A stretch of DNA of 61,447 bases, filler included, from Basidiobolus ranarum (GCA_040143965.1; 4 parts of 4 records of this genome joined end to end with filler, not necessarily neighbours in it); one strand, 5' to 3'; shown: positions 41,305 through 54,439, counted from the first letter of the whole stretch. Notes: generated by a model from the sequence alone, not told the origin. Numbers and translations: made by a program.

Positions 41305-41515
41305 ATGTCGATTTTCTCTATCCGCTCTATGACCATTATTGCTGGTGTGTACCTTTGTTACGCATCTGCTTTGGTTATTCCTCGCCGTGAGATTAAAAAT
41401 GAATTTGTAAACTGCGAACTTGTAAGTGTTTCATATGCCAAATAGACTATCATTATTGCCCTGTCTAACTCCTTTCTTTCAGAGTTGCCAAGTTATCACT
41501 ACTTCGAAGCATTAA
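41305..41515 (+). CDS. Putative 49-aa secreted peptide precursor, 2 exons
   Basis: TATAAATA at ~41214; AAACACCATG start; MSIFSIRSMTIIAGVYLCYASA-LVIPRR-EIKNEFVNCEL|SCQVITTSKH*; intron 41422-41482 with GTAAGT, CTAAC, pyrimidine tract and CAG. Confidence 0.55.
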
Positions 41516-44500
41516 AGCCCAAGTCAAGCGGTCAAGTTCATTACTGTAGATACTCCCAGATGCCACACCCATACCCGTTGTTCGAAAAACACCTTCTGAA
41601 TATATTAGATGTATAGTCAACGATTCGAGTAACCAAGCGAATCCACCATCATCTCAGTTCCTTTACTAGTCAGCCACCATTTGGAATTTGTAAATTGTTT
41701 ATTCCTCAAAAAATGAGCCTCACTCTAAATAAAACACCGAACTTGTTCATATGACATTCAACTTGAAGAAATGATTTTCTAACTAAGCTAGACTATAATT
41801 GTGACAGTAGAGAGCTCGGCTACAATGGACGAAGCTGAAACTCTTAATGGCTACTGAGACAATTCAATCGTGATGCTTGTCAGGCATGAACCATCGGATC
41901 GATTTAATATACTGAGATCAAATGACCCTACTGGTGAATGCTGGCTTCATATACAATATAAATAACCCGAGGCCACCCCCATTGGCTAGAATATAGGGAA
42001 GCCTTTTCGAATAAGGAGAGCATCTACTCGAGTTAGTCATGGGATCTCCTTGCCGTAACTTTACACCAGCTTCTAGCCATCATTAATAAGAAATACTCTT
42101 ACTAGTTACAGAAGTCATACCAGTCTCGGCGTTTAAGAATGTCCATGGAGAACAGGAATATCGATTTGAAAAGGGGTGGAACTGTCTTGCCAGGGGAGGG
42201 GGAATACTGTCTGAAGCGATGATCAGATAAGTGCTCTGATTGGAGTATTGATTTCTGATGGTAGTTTTTGTGCCGACATAGCTGTATTTGGCAAGTCACT
42301 TGATGGATCAAAGTGTCTGCAGTAAGTCGTCTGTGGTGTAATGAGTACTGACACATCTCTAGAAATGACACTCAAGCCAACCTCAATCTTGGTGTCAGCC
42401 TGGAAACTAAGCGAAGTTTATACAACGGGAAACTCATGACTCAGAGTCAATGGGATCTTCTTCCCCATCTTCATGAGGAATTTGAGGAAAGATCGGCCTA
42501 GCAAAGGCTGTCAATTCCCCAGAGGACCCATCCCACATCCAAGATTGGAAGGGCCATACATCGTTTCTCTACACAACTAAATTCCAGTCCAGCTTGGGTA
42601 AGAGACATCCTTGGATCCTTCGACTGATCGATTCTTTCACATATGTTGTGGGAAGCCGGGTGTTAAATATGCACTAATTCGCTCTCAATATAGTTCAGAT
42701 CAGGGACCCAATTTCAGAATAAAGGCAGATTAGTAGTTAGGAATCCAGATTGTAGCCATCATTTGATCCTTCATCGCATGATACTGAAATTCCCAGTAGG
42801 CGCACCATTGCATGCTTGGTGCCCCACCAATCATATCGGATGGAATGGCTCCCGCATCACCCCGACGTTCAGCTCGGGTTCAATGAGTTGATCAGGTTGA
42901 ATTCTGATCGGTGGAGCAAGGAATGAAACCAGTGGTATCATCGAGGCCCCTATCTGAGCGAGATCACAAGACTGCAGTGTGGAAAAGCCTGCATGAATTG
43001 TAACTCAAGTGAACAAAGATTGTGGAGCAGAGATATGCTTGAGTAGCACGAAAGTGGATCCAATACCAGCATATATGTGAGCATAGAACGCATAATAAAC
43101 CCAGATTCAACTAGATGCTAGAATTTTGGTAATGAACGAAATTCAACCTGTAGAGTTATGTTTATTATGAGAGAATATGAAGTTCGAGCTAGCTTAAATT
43201 CTATAAACATCGACATGTAAAGTGCATGAGATATTTTCCTTGAACTTTGGCTTATTTGTTCTTCTCTTAAGGCTCATAGCTGGCTGAGTGTTTTTGAAAT
43301 GCTTCAGGTTTCGCTCTACAACTCGTTCACATTGTATAGTAGAAACCGGTATTCAGTTCGATTTCTCCATTGACCCTGCCCTTATGTTGTTGCTCTCATA
43401 GTATCATATAACTCTGTCCAATGGTGCTACGAAAGTGTAGATGAGTATCGATCAGTGGTTTCTACATTTGTTACGACGCCCATACTAGCTTTTGGAGCCA
43501 AACCATCCCATTCTGACTTGCATCATCGGAAGATGGGCTGAGCTAGTTATACCGCTCAAACATACACTATGATAGGCTAGGTTTGGTATGGATGAACGAA
43601 CATCGATATATCTGAATAGTAGTCAGTGCGCTGCCGTGAGTCCTCATAGCTCTAGTTCTTTATGAAACCCAAGAGCAATATTAGCAGGTGATATGAACAA
43701 AATTCCATATAACTCGGAAATTCGGAGCTACTGCTAGTGATAAACTGTCCTGTTGAAGACTCTTTCTGAATTACCCATACTATATGAATTGTGTTCCAAG
43801 GAAGATCCGCTTGGGAGTATGTTGTTTTTAAAAATGATTCGTTAAGCGAAAGATACTGCTGAACGTGCTAGGCAGTTCAAGTAGTTTTTGTCACTAAATT
43901 GAGTACTTTAATGAGGAATAATCATCCATAACAAAATGGATATTTTCCTCCGCGTATAAAGCAAAATGGTGCTTTGTAGATTGAGCGCATATACGAAATC
44001 CAATCATTAGCTGATTACAACTGAGTCATTTGAGGCTTATTATTCTAGTGAACTATATTCGCGTACTAGAATTGTTCATAATTAGAAACCCTTGATAGTT
44101 AAAATGTTAACAAGGTAATAGCCAAGACTAATCAATTGGGAGTAAATAATCTACCCAACTATTTCTATTGCCCAAACTGGTAACCTCCCCCTAACAACAA
44201 TCAAGATTTATTTAGGAGCAAAGAAAGATCGAAGCTTTAGATCATATGTGCATCCACTATAATGTAGATCTCAACGCCTACGTGTCATATAACCAAGTGA
44301 TTCAGTAGATTCCAAGTCATGCTACGTGCAAAAACTGAGTTCTGTGAAATATTTTCAACTCACAAACGCTCAGATTTCATGAACTGTAATTATTCTGGAA
44401 ACAGTGTTGTATACTTCACAAAGGCCTCTGTCACCAGTGATTATACTAGAGTGACGAATTATTACTAACGATGTCGATGAAGAGAAAATTGATCGTTGTA

Positions 44501-44852
44501 TCCCAAGTTTGCTTACTAACAGTATCTCATGAATGATCAAAAGCCAATAGGAAATAGCATCAAATTTTAGCTGATTAAATATGTATCCAAAATGGAAGAT
44601 TTCTATCTAATAATCCTTATTCAAATCGTAATTAATGATGGAAATCGAAGTCACATAATAAAATACTAGTAGAATGAAAAAATCGTCAGCCAAAGGGAAT
44701 TGGGAAATATTGATATGGATATGTTGGATATAGGCAGAGGGTAAAAATATGATGGACTATTCGTTCATTTCTATTGACTCTCTTTCTTTTAGTACCTTCC
44801 TCCCTTATCTTCTTTCTTACCCTTTCTCTCAGAGAAAATAGTCGATGAAAAT

Positions 44853-46002
44853 ATGACATTCATATCACGGCCAAGAAAATCTAGTCTTAGCTCCTCTCAC
44901 GACAATTCTAAAAAGAACTCAGGCTGTGACTTCGATTCTGGAGTCATCCATAGTCAAAAGCGCGCCTTTTCAAAACGTAAAGTTGTATTTGTAGATCCTG
45001 ACGATCCAAATGCCCCATATTGGTGGCCTGCGATGGTATGGTTTCTTGTGGTTGTTTAGATGCTTAAGCAGGCATCTAACTATATTCCTGTTCATTTTGC
45101 GATCCTGATCGTAGATTGTGCCCGAACGTGAGATTGAAGCCTTTAAGCAAACCATGGAGAATGATATACAAGAACCTAAAAAAGGGGAGCATCTTGTCTG
45201 TTATTTTGAAGATGGGTCTTTGTATGTTGTCTCATTTAGTACTTAATCTAAATGCCTCTCCTTAGGTACACGTGACAGTCACTTATTGTCTTTGTTTTTA
45301 GCTCAATCGTCCCTGAAACTGAGGTGGTTCCTTTTTCGCCAGTGCTTCCGCCTTACACAAACTACATCAGAGGTGGCGCTGATGGTTTTTTAAATGATAA
45401 GGCGGTCATGCTGGCCACACTTTATTGGGAAACGGGAATTGTGCCACCTACTTTTACCTGGGTACGTGACGAGGAACGATATACAAATGCCTCAGTCTTA
45501 CCTTTGGCTGAATTGCCCACCACTTCGGATCAGTTTCCCGCTATAAATACCACTGCTAAAAGCCCAAGTTTCAAAAAATTCACAGGGATCAAAGGAGAAA
45601 CCTTTGAGACTCGAACGAATTTTATTGACAGTACACCGTTTTTAGAAGACTCGCTAACTATTTCTAGAAATGAGCTTGGCAAGCGTGACAATCAGGGGAA
45701 AAAGGAAAAAATTACGCAGTGCGGAAAAGTAAGCATTGACTTTTTTCTATACTGGTAGAACTATATATTTATTCATAATTTTGATACTATTTATCATGGC
45801 TAATTAGAACAAGTCACTATCGCCATTCACGCCTAAGAACCACAAGATTTCTACAACCAAGAATGGATCTACAGGTGCTCCTAAAAGTGTAAAGCCTTGG
45901 AATAACCATGATCGTAACTTACCTAATGTACTAGTAACACCGTCCACTACGTCTTCACATACTTCATTTTCAGACATGATATCACCATTGGGCTACGTTT
46001 AG
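44853..46002 (+). CDS. PWWP-like domain protein, 4 exons
   Basis: VVFVDPDDPNAPYWWPAM|IVP..HLVCYFEDGSF|SIVPETEVVPF; GT-AG introns; S/T-rich tail ending TAG at 46000. Confidence 0.75.
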
Positions 46003-46101
46003 TACTTTGAATTCTGATAAATTGAGCTAATAAGTAACTATTCAATAAAGGAGATCTTAATCGAATTAGTTTTATATTTACCTTTTTCCCAAATATCAAT
46101 C

Positions 46102-46201
46102 NNNNNNNNNNNNNNNNNNNNNNNNNNNNNNNNNNNNNNNNNNNNTTAATTAATTAANNNNNNNNNNNNNNNNNNNNNNNNNNNNNNNNNNNNNNNNNNN
46201 N
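46102..46201. other. Artificial contig linker
   Basis: N44-TTAATTAATTAA-N44. Confidence 0.98.
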
Positions 46202-46739
46202 GAAGACCCATATATTGCATCGAAACGTTGGCAAATGAGATGGTTCATGATGGACGGTTATTTGAATGTTTTGTATTTCATTGTTTTCACCGGAATTATG
46301 ATCCTATGGAGACCCACAAGCAACAACAGAAGATATCATTACTACCAATTATTTTTGAATTTAATCTAATATATCAACTCATATTCCTTAACCACCCTCA
46401 TACATATGGCCTTCAGGAATTGCCCTCTGATGATGATGATGCTTTTGCGCCGGGTTCCGGAGAATATCGCGAGGATATTGGCTTCCGACACCTCGGAGCC
46501 GAGAATCCCGAAGACGAACAGTTCGATGCTATCTTTGATATCGGGGAGGAGCATGAGAACTTTATGGAGTGGGCTGGAGATGAAGATTCTGTGGACGAAG
46601 AGAGCGGCAAGAAGTAAGTGATTCTTTTTACATATCAAGCTAATCCCCACCAACTGATAATCAATTGAACGATAGGCATGAAGAGAATAACAAAAACAAG
46701 CAGCGTCAGTCTAATGAACAACCTGAAAGTCAAGCTTGA
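46202..46739 (+). CDS. 3' exons of an unidentified protein with an acidic tail (partial)
   Basis: CAG|ELPSDDDD...EESGKK, then a GTAAGT..TAG intron, then a last exon ending TGA at 46737. Confidence 0.55.
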
Positions 46740-47102
46740 TTCATAGACTGAACCTATATCTTTTATCAACCACTACATGGTGTTCTTTTTACTTGTTTGC
46801 CTTGCTATCTTTTTAGAATGTGTTATGTTCTTGACAATATTTCATTCATTGGCAACATCTGTAGTGATCGTTTGATCGAAAGTTGATAGCAGTTATAGAT
46901 CAAATGAAAATATGTAGTCTCCAGCTAGAACAATAAAGATCAGTAAATCATTATTTTTTGATCTTTCTCATGCGAGAGCATCTTTTAGTGCTAATACGTA
47001 AATGAGTTAGCACGATGTTGATTGATTAGCTTCATTGATTACCCGAATTTCATTGTGATAGAACGAATTTTGTTCAATTGATTTCCATCAATTCAGGGCC
47101 AG

Positions 47103-47966
47103 ATGATAAGTAAACTCCAATCTCCAAACCATACGATGGCTGCGAAATCAAACACTCTTGTTAAGCGTATTGAGTTTCTTTCTCCTGAAGGAATTACTCT
47201 TTCTGCCTTACTTACCGAAAAACCTAATACATCTTCTAACCAAGTTGTAATCCTTTGCCATGGATTTTTGAGTCATTCAAATTCCATTATCATTCGTGGT
47301 TTGACCAGTCAGTTACCTTATAATATCTGTGCAATCGACTTTCGTGGTAACGGATTTAGTACGGGAACTACAAAATATGGAAACTATCTTGAGGAGGTAG
47401 TGGACTTGAAGAATTGGGTAGATCATTTAAGAGAAGTCTTGAACTTCAACGTGCTGGGCATTATCGGTCACTCTAAAGGTAGTTCAGTGGTGTTACTATA
47501 TGCGTCAAAGTACAACCAAGTTCCTCTGATAGTTAATATTGCCGCTAGATTTAATATGACAGACCTACCTATGCATAGATTTACCCCGGAACAGCTGACG
47601 GAACTAGAGGTGAAAGGAAATATTGTTTGGCGTAGATATCAACATAATACTGAAGAAAAAGACTTTATTGTCAGTCAGTTGGATCTGACGACCAAGAAAA
47701 ATACTGATATGTCAGTGGTAAAGAATATTGATAAAGAACGTGTTCGAGTTCTCTCTGTTCATGGTGAGAAGGATACAACTATACCAGTGGAAGAAGTTAG
47801 CATGTATGATCGACTCATGGGACCTGAACCTTATCATGAAGTCGCAATTATTAAAGAAGCTACGCATTTCTTCAGAACGCCCGAAGAGCTACGAGAATTA
47901 AGTAAAGTTATCATAAATTGGATGAATAAAAATTTCAACTGGGCTCAGGATGTCTTATTCAACTAG
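47103..47966 (+). CDS. Alpha/beta-fold serine hydrolase, intronless
   Basis: LCHGF oxyanion motif, GHSKG nucleophile elbow, HGEKD acid, EATH histidine. Confidence 0.92.
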   Translation: MISKLQSPNHTMAAKSNTLVKRIEFLSPEGITLSALLTEKPNTSSNQVVILCHGFLSHSNSIIIRGLTSQLPYNICAIDFRGNGFSTGTTKYGNYLEEVVDLKNWVDHLREVLNFNVLGIIGHSKGSSVVLLYASKYNQVPLIVNIAARFNMTDLPMHRFTPEQLTELEVKGNIVWRRYQHNTEEKDFIVSQLDLTTKKNTDMSVVKNIDKERVRVLSVHGEKDTTIPVEEVSMYDRLMGPEPYHEVAIIKEATHFFRTPEELRELSKVIINWMNKNFNWAQDVLFN

Positions 47967-48648
47967 ACACGTCGTAATAAGCCTGATCCCCATTAAACTG
48001 TATTTGAAAATATTCCATGTTCAATATTATCACTGAAAAAGTAAAAGAAACACAAATATTACTCATGGAAGATAATATACTCACTGCATACATTCAAATC
48101 CGTTGATTGAAAGAGTATTTATGATCTGCAGGGCCCTAGGCAGTTTGTAGGGTCTACCTATATATTATCTGTGCTTGCGCTACTCCTGCACTATGGTTCA
48201 GAAAAGGGATTCTAATTAAACAATGTTTACCAACGAAAATTGTAAATACAAAAACGAAGAACGGCATTGGATACATAGAGGGTTGAAATCCTGGTTACTT
48301 GTGGCTTGCCTAGTCAAAACTACAGTAAGATTTTGCTTCATTTAATGCAACCTTTTCATAGAAACAACTGCATATAGTCAAGATGTAGCTAAATGCAGTC
48401 AAACTGTCCAGCTCATCAACTTCATATGAGCCTATTTTTAGAACAATAAGACTTGAGCTTGCTCATTTCATTCATATAGTTCAAATCTCCTATGCATTTG
48501 ATATAACTAATCGCTTTCAATGCTTTCCTACTTGTTTGAAACACGCTTAATTGAATCATCTGAACTTTCTCCTGAGCTTTATTTCTTAACGATATCTCTT
48601 CACCGCCAGAGTTGAAGTTCCTTGGCTTATTTGTAATATTTTCTTACC

Positions 48649-50187
48649 ATGAGTAGAGACCGTCTAGCAGGTTTAAAGGTAAAAACCTTCACCGAACTTG
48701 ACTGCCTTTGTTTGACTAACATATCTATTAAAGAGCGGATACGCAAACCTAGAAGACCCTGGAGCCTTAGAGCTAGGCAGTATTCAACACGGTGACAATA
48801 CCGCCTCTCTTAATACTTTTCTCGAAGAGGCAAGCTAATATTCTCTTTCACTTTGAGTGATATATAAAGCTAATTTTCATATACTGGGTACAGGTAACAG
48901 AAATAGAAGACGTTATCGCACTTTTTCAACAAAATGTGAAAAAGATTCAAGACCTTCATGCTAATGTACTGGATGCATTTAGTGAGGAGCAAACAAGTGG
49001 TGACTTAATTTGCATCTGTTTACTCTTTCTATCGTATCTTCCTAATACAAGATATCTGGTGATTTCTAGCCATTAGTAAACAGACGGATAAGCTAGTATC
49101 TGAAACATTTCAACTGGGAAATAATGTAAAGGAGCGTTTAAAAGGTGTTGTTTTAATTCACATTTTTATTTAGTTAAGAGGACCTAACCTACTTGAGCTG
49201 GTCTATTCTTCTTCTTATTAGGAGCTCTTCTAACCACTTTTCTTTAGCCATGAATTTAGCCAACAGAAAAGCGACGGGCGGACCAGGACAAGCTCAAATA
49301 AGGAGAAATAAGGTATACTATTACCCATGGTGAATATTTTCTATATTGAATTGAATCCAACATTTCACACGTCCTTTCAGTATCAAGCTTTACAAGAAAA
49401 ATTCATAGAAGCCATCAAGAAGTATCAAACAGTTGAGTATGAGTCTCGATCTCGATATAGGGAAAGAGTGGAGAGACAATATCGTATTGGTAGGTTATTC
49501 TTTAATTTGATGGCGGGGTATTTCCGATTGTGAAATCCTCATGTTATCTGGACACCACTCTCATGAATTTTTACAGTTAAACCGGATGCCTCTGAAGAAG
49601 AGATAGATAATGTTTTGGATGAAGATGGTGGAAATCAACTTTTTGCTCAAGCAGTGAGTTGTCTTAATAACACATACACTATGTGCTCCAGTTACTGATA
49701 TAATCATAGTTAATGTCCACCTCAAAGTCTTCCGAAGCTCGTGAGGTTTTAAGGGAAGTTCAGAGTAGACACGATGACATTAAAAAGATCGAAAAAAGCA
49801 TTGTGGTATGGCATTAATTTGAAGCAAAATTCTCTTTTTAAATACTGACTTGCACTTTATTTTCAACCTTAGGAACTTGCACGTTTATTTGAAGAAATGC
49901 AAACTCTAATCACACTTCAAGACGAGATGATACATCAAATAGATGATCATATGGAAACAACAGTGACCCATGGCTTTGAAGCTAACAAGCAGATGGACCA
50001 GGCCATTGTATATGCAGAGGCTAGTAGAAAGGTTAGAAATAGGTTCATTTTTTGATTTCATCCACAATCGCTTCTCACCTCTCTAATTATCTAGAAAAAG
50101 TGGTGCCTGCTTATATTTTTCATATTGCTAATTATAGTTATTGCACTTGTTGTTTACTTCACTCAGTTTCGTAAACCCACAAAATAA
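48649..50187 (+). CDS. Plasma-membrane syntaxin (Sso1/2-type Qa-SNARE), paralog 1
   Basis: MSRDRLAGLK N-peptide; RQYRIVKPDASEEEID; EVQSRHDDIKKIEKSIV|ELARLFEEM..LQDEMI; C-terminal TM. Includes a GC-AG intron at 48830-48893. Confidence 0.92.
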
Positions 50188-50882
50188 GTTTGCCAAATCT
50201 AGGGGCGAGTGTTAGTTATATGTACCAATACCTATATATGTACGTATGTATAATACTCCCTCCATCCATGAAGCCCTTACGTTTGGGGGTGATAGACGAA
50301 ATATTATACCCACGCCTATCTTTTGTTTTACGCAAACCCCTCACTGGGTAAAATGATCAAGTACCTAAATCGATTATCCCACTTGTTTTAGAACTTCCTA
50401 ATAGATATTTAACGTGGAGAAATAGCTAAGCTTTCTGTTTATAACTTTAAGTCGGTAATAAATACTAATTGAACCTTTATCGCTCTGTACTGTATTTACT
50501 AAATCTCATCGGTAATATCCCCATGTATCCTGTGACAGATTCCCAACTGGTTTATTGATAGAATCCCATATCCGTGTGTACTATTCCACAACCCTGAGTA
50601 TTTCGAAATCGATAAATTGATTGGTAGTTATAATCTTGTTGCAAGGCCTCAGCTGGGCTAAGAAATATGATAGTGACTGCTGGAGTAAATTACAATCTAA
50701 GCCTAATCCACAACCAGACAAGGAATATAAGCCGTATCTGTGTACACATGGAGTATATTAAGAGCAAAGAAGACCTCTCCATTGATAAAAAGTTTTATAA
50801 CTGATTAGTCTCCCTCTCCGAACTGCGGTTGAAACTTTTCTTTTTTTGTTTCTATTCTTGACACACATCAAATTTACTGGAA

Positions 50883-52328
50883 ATGGTAAAGTAACTTCAT
50901 TCATGATACATTCAATATCTCGTAGAATCTCTACATTTCTTACACCTTTCTATTCCAGTATGGAACCAATCGTAACGGCAAAGAGGTCCCAGCTGATGCT
51001 TTTTGGGATGAGGTAAATTCATGGTATAACTGCTTGATACCTGGAAGGGATTCCCTTATCAATTAATTTGCTCGTCGATTTAGTATTCAAGACTTGATAC
51101 GACCATTCAGATGATAGAGAATCATGTGAAAAGCATCGAGGGAATCCGTTCACAGATGTTGGAGACACTCTCCGAAGCTGAACAAACTCGTATCCTTTTT
51201 TATTAAGCTAGGAATATAAGCCTAAATTAAGAAATCTCTTCTCTTTAACTCAACCATGTTTAGAATACTCGAAAAGGTTGAATATTTTGGTGACAGAAAC
51301 CTCACAAATGATGATGAACGTGAGAAGTAGAATTCAAGGTAGTTCATTAGGTATTCCAAAATGTTGAGCTGAACACTGAGTGACACATTTCGCTTGTATT
51401 ATTTAGCAATAGAAGAACTTACCAGGGATCCATCTACCGCTCCAGCTAATTCGAAAGCGTTCCGTAACCGCGTAAGCAGTATATTTATCTCTTGTTCCAT
51501 CTTATCCTCTAATTAACACGTATCTCTTTCTTTGCTGTAGCTTTTGGGACTTCGCGAGAAACTAAAAAATGCATTACTAGAGTATCAGAGGATACAACAC
51601 AAATACGATGAAGAACATAAAGAAACCATTGTTAGACAGTATGAGATTGGTAAAGAGTACTATTGAATTATCAAACCAAACCAATCGCAACTGAATGATT
51701 TTCCCCCTTAGTTAACCCAAATGCCACCCCGGAAGAAATCGATACCATGCTAAATGATTCAGACTATCAGCAAGTTTTCGCACAAGCGGTAAATGACAAG
51801 TTCAGCTAATTATATAGATATACAGACTTCCTCATCAGAATCTTTCGTAGGTTCTTCAGAGTAACCGTAAGGATCATGCAATTCGTGTATTGGAGGCTGT
51901 ACAAAGTAGAGATAAAGATATTCAAAAGATTCATGACAGTGTTCTGGTAGGATGACAATTGCTATGAGTTCGAATAGTGCTCGGATTCTGACCTCTCCCT
52001 TTGATCAAATAATATAGGAACTGGCTCAACTATTTCAACAAATTGATCTAATGATTGAAAACCAAGGAACTGTCATCGTAGATATTGAAAACACAACCGA
52101 ACAAGTGGTAGAACACCAAGTAGAAAGTCAGAAAGTCCTGGACCAAACTGAAGGAATATTAAAGAAGATCCGACAGGTACGCTACTCATATCTGAAAGTA
52201 AATGCGTGCATGTAGCTAACTTTTCTTCCAAGAAAAAACTGATCCTGTTGAGCGTCGCCTTAATCATCGTCATATTGGTCATTGTGACGGTGGTCCTCCT
52301 CACTAGGCCAAACACTGCTAGTTCATGA
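50883..52328 (+). CDS. Syntaxin (Sso-type) paralog 2, divergent, with one U12 GT-AG intron
   Basis: First coding exon is apparently ATG only. RQYEIVNPNATPEEID; VQSRDKDIQKIHDSVL|ELAQLF..ENQG; TM anchor. Intron positions match paralog 1. Confidence 0.88.
51190..51263 (+). other. U12-type GT-AG intron (74 nt)
   Basis: 5' GTATCCTTTT, branch CTCTTTAAC about 15 nt before TAG. Removal gives SEAEQTQYSKRL. Confidence 0.88.
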
Positions 52329-52874
52329 TAGACTTTGATTCGTCTAAATTTAGCTCTTATGTGCTCTACTATCGCTGAACTAGCATGTAGCCGTAGGGCG
52401 AGTAATTAGAGTTCACATTACCTTTCGACCCAACATCCTTCGATCTCCTATCTACCCAACATTGCACCTGGTCAAATCACCCAGCATTTATACGTTTTTC
52501 TGCATCACCAATCAGCAACAACTAACCATACTCTTCTTAATTCGCTATCACCCAAAAAGGGAATCAAATAAAGTTGATAGGCACCAAATGTTGTGACTTC
52601 CAGTACTCATCGCGTAGATTTCCTTAATTATTGTTACTATAATCGGTTCGAGACTGGTGGTATTTGTTTTTTATCCCAATATTTGAGAAAACTTTTGGGA
52701 TAGAACATTCGTTCGATCAAATCTGAATGTCTAGCAAAGCATTAAGAAAAAAATTCCATTTAAAAAGCCGGCGAAGTTCCATTTATAGAACTTTCTTGTA
52801 ATTGATCTCTCGTGTTTGGCTGGTCTAACCTTGAATTTTTCCTCACAGTAACACAAGTACCTTGCCTGCTCTTG

Positions 52875-54439
52875 ATGCCTACACTCATAGATATCAACAC
52901 TCCTTCACAAGCCCCCAGCATTGTAACCCATTTTGACAGCAGTAGTCTGGGCGATGATTTCCGCTTAACTCGAGAGGATCTCTTACGGGTCAAAGCTCAC
53001 TTTGTTAGCGAGATTAAGAATGGGCTTTCCAACACTGGCTCAAGTTTGGCTATGCTTCCTGGGTATGTCTCTTCTCTCCCTACAGGTGAAGAAACGGGGA
53101 GATTTTTGTTGGCCATGGTTGATGAGGCGACACTGGGAGTTGGTTCTGTTACATTTTTAGGAGATCGAAAGTATGAACTCACGTTGCAAAAATATGTGGT
53201 TACTACACACGTTATCGAAAATGCCAAGAGCTTATTTGATTTCCTGGCCAAATGTTTGGCTTCTTTGTTGACCGAACTTCGAATTCCTCTAAACTCCAAT
53301 CTTCCTCTTGCCACTAGTTTTGCGTTTCCATTAAGGTTGGTTTCAATATCCTGCCTTTTTTTCCATTCCATTTCATTAATGTCCTCATTATAGACATCAG
53401 GACTTAGGAAGGACTCATATTACGTCCTCCTGTAAGGGGTTTGAAGTACCTGGTCTATTGAGTAAAGATATCGTAGAACTGCTTGTTGAAGCATTAAAAC
53501 GAAAAGTAATTGGAAAGTTGATCCCGGTCTTTTTCTTATGCAATAATTAATCTGTTTTCAGAATATTCTAGTGGATATCCTAACCATTCAAAATGATACG
53601 GTGACCAGTCTTCTTGCACACGCATATACTGTTTGTTCACAGACCACCATTGGATGCTTCATTAATTCCGGCGTAAACATCGCCTATCTCGATTCGTTGG
53701 AACAATTACCCAAATGGAAATCACTCTTGGGCGTTGATAATATGATCTTCAACACAGAATGCGGAGGATATAATGTTCAAAGTGCGCAAATTAAGCGTAA
53801 CAAGTTTGATATTAGAGTGGATGAAGAGTCTTCATCGCCTGGACATCAGCAATTTGAAAAGATGACATCTGGGTTATATATTGGGGAGATTGTTCGCTTG
53901 GCTATGGAGAGCATGGCTATGGAAGGTGTCCTTTTCGGAGGAAAATTACCGATCGATTTAAGTACACGATACCTTTTTGATGTCGAACAAATGATTGCCA
54001 TGGAAAGGTATGTCTCCTTGCACTGGGTCTATCAAATGCTAATTTTAACTAGTTTCTCTTTCTCTGCAGTGACAAGTCACCTGATCTGCTAACTGTTAAA
54101 CGATTGTTAAAGCATACCCTTAACATCTCCACATCACATTCGGATAGACAGATCGTCAGGTGTTTGTGTCAAAAGGTTTGTACCAGAGCAGCCAGTCTTG
54201 TGGCGGCATGCCTCGCTGGACTGATCGAGCAGCACATCCAAAAGCAACCCGAGAGAGTGATCATGGTTTCTCTTGATGGACAAGTTCTTCATCGGTATCA
54301 CCAGTACCGTCATCGTTTGTGTGCTACCATTCGAGAGCTACTTGGTGAGAATAAGAACAAGGTTCAATTCGATCTGGTGGGGAATTTGAGTGTTGGGGCG
54401 GCAGTTGGAGCGATGCTACAACTTAAGCTTCGACATTAG
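52875..54439 (+). CDS. Hexokinase-like protein with degenerate catalytic motifs, 4 coding exons
   Basis: LAMLPGYV..LPTGEETG, NDTV, NTECG, FEKMTSGLYIGEIVR and RAASLVAA identify the fold. The exact start is uncertain. Confidence 0.88.

Noticed and set aside
42000-43100. Possible ancient retroelement or gene remnant
   Set aside because: Only vague peptide resemblance with many stops; no diagnostic motif I can support.
49034-49069. GTATCTTCC inside the syntaxin 1 intron as a U12 donor
   Set aside because: It would give a 36-nt intron with no U12 branch box, and the extended exon contains an in-frame TAA.
52600-52665. GGTTCGAGAC tRNA-like loop
   Set aside because: Weak stem only; no acceptor, D or anticodon arms.
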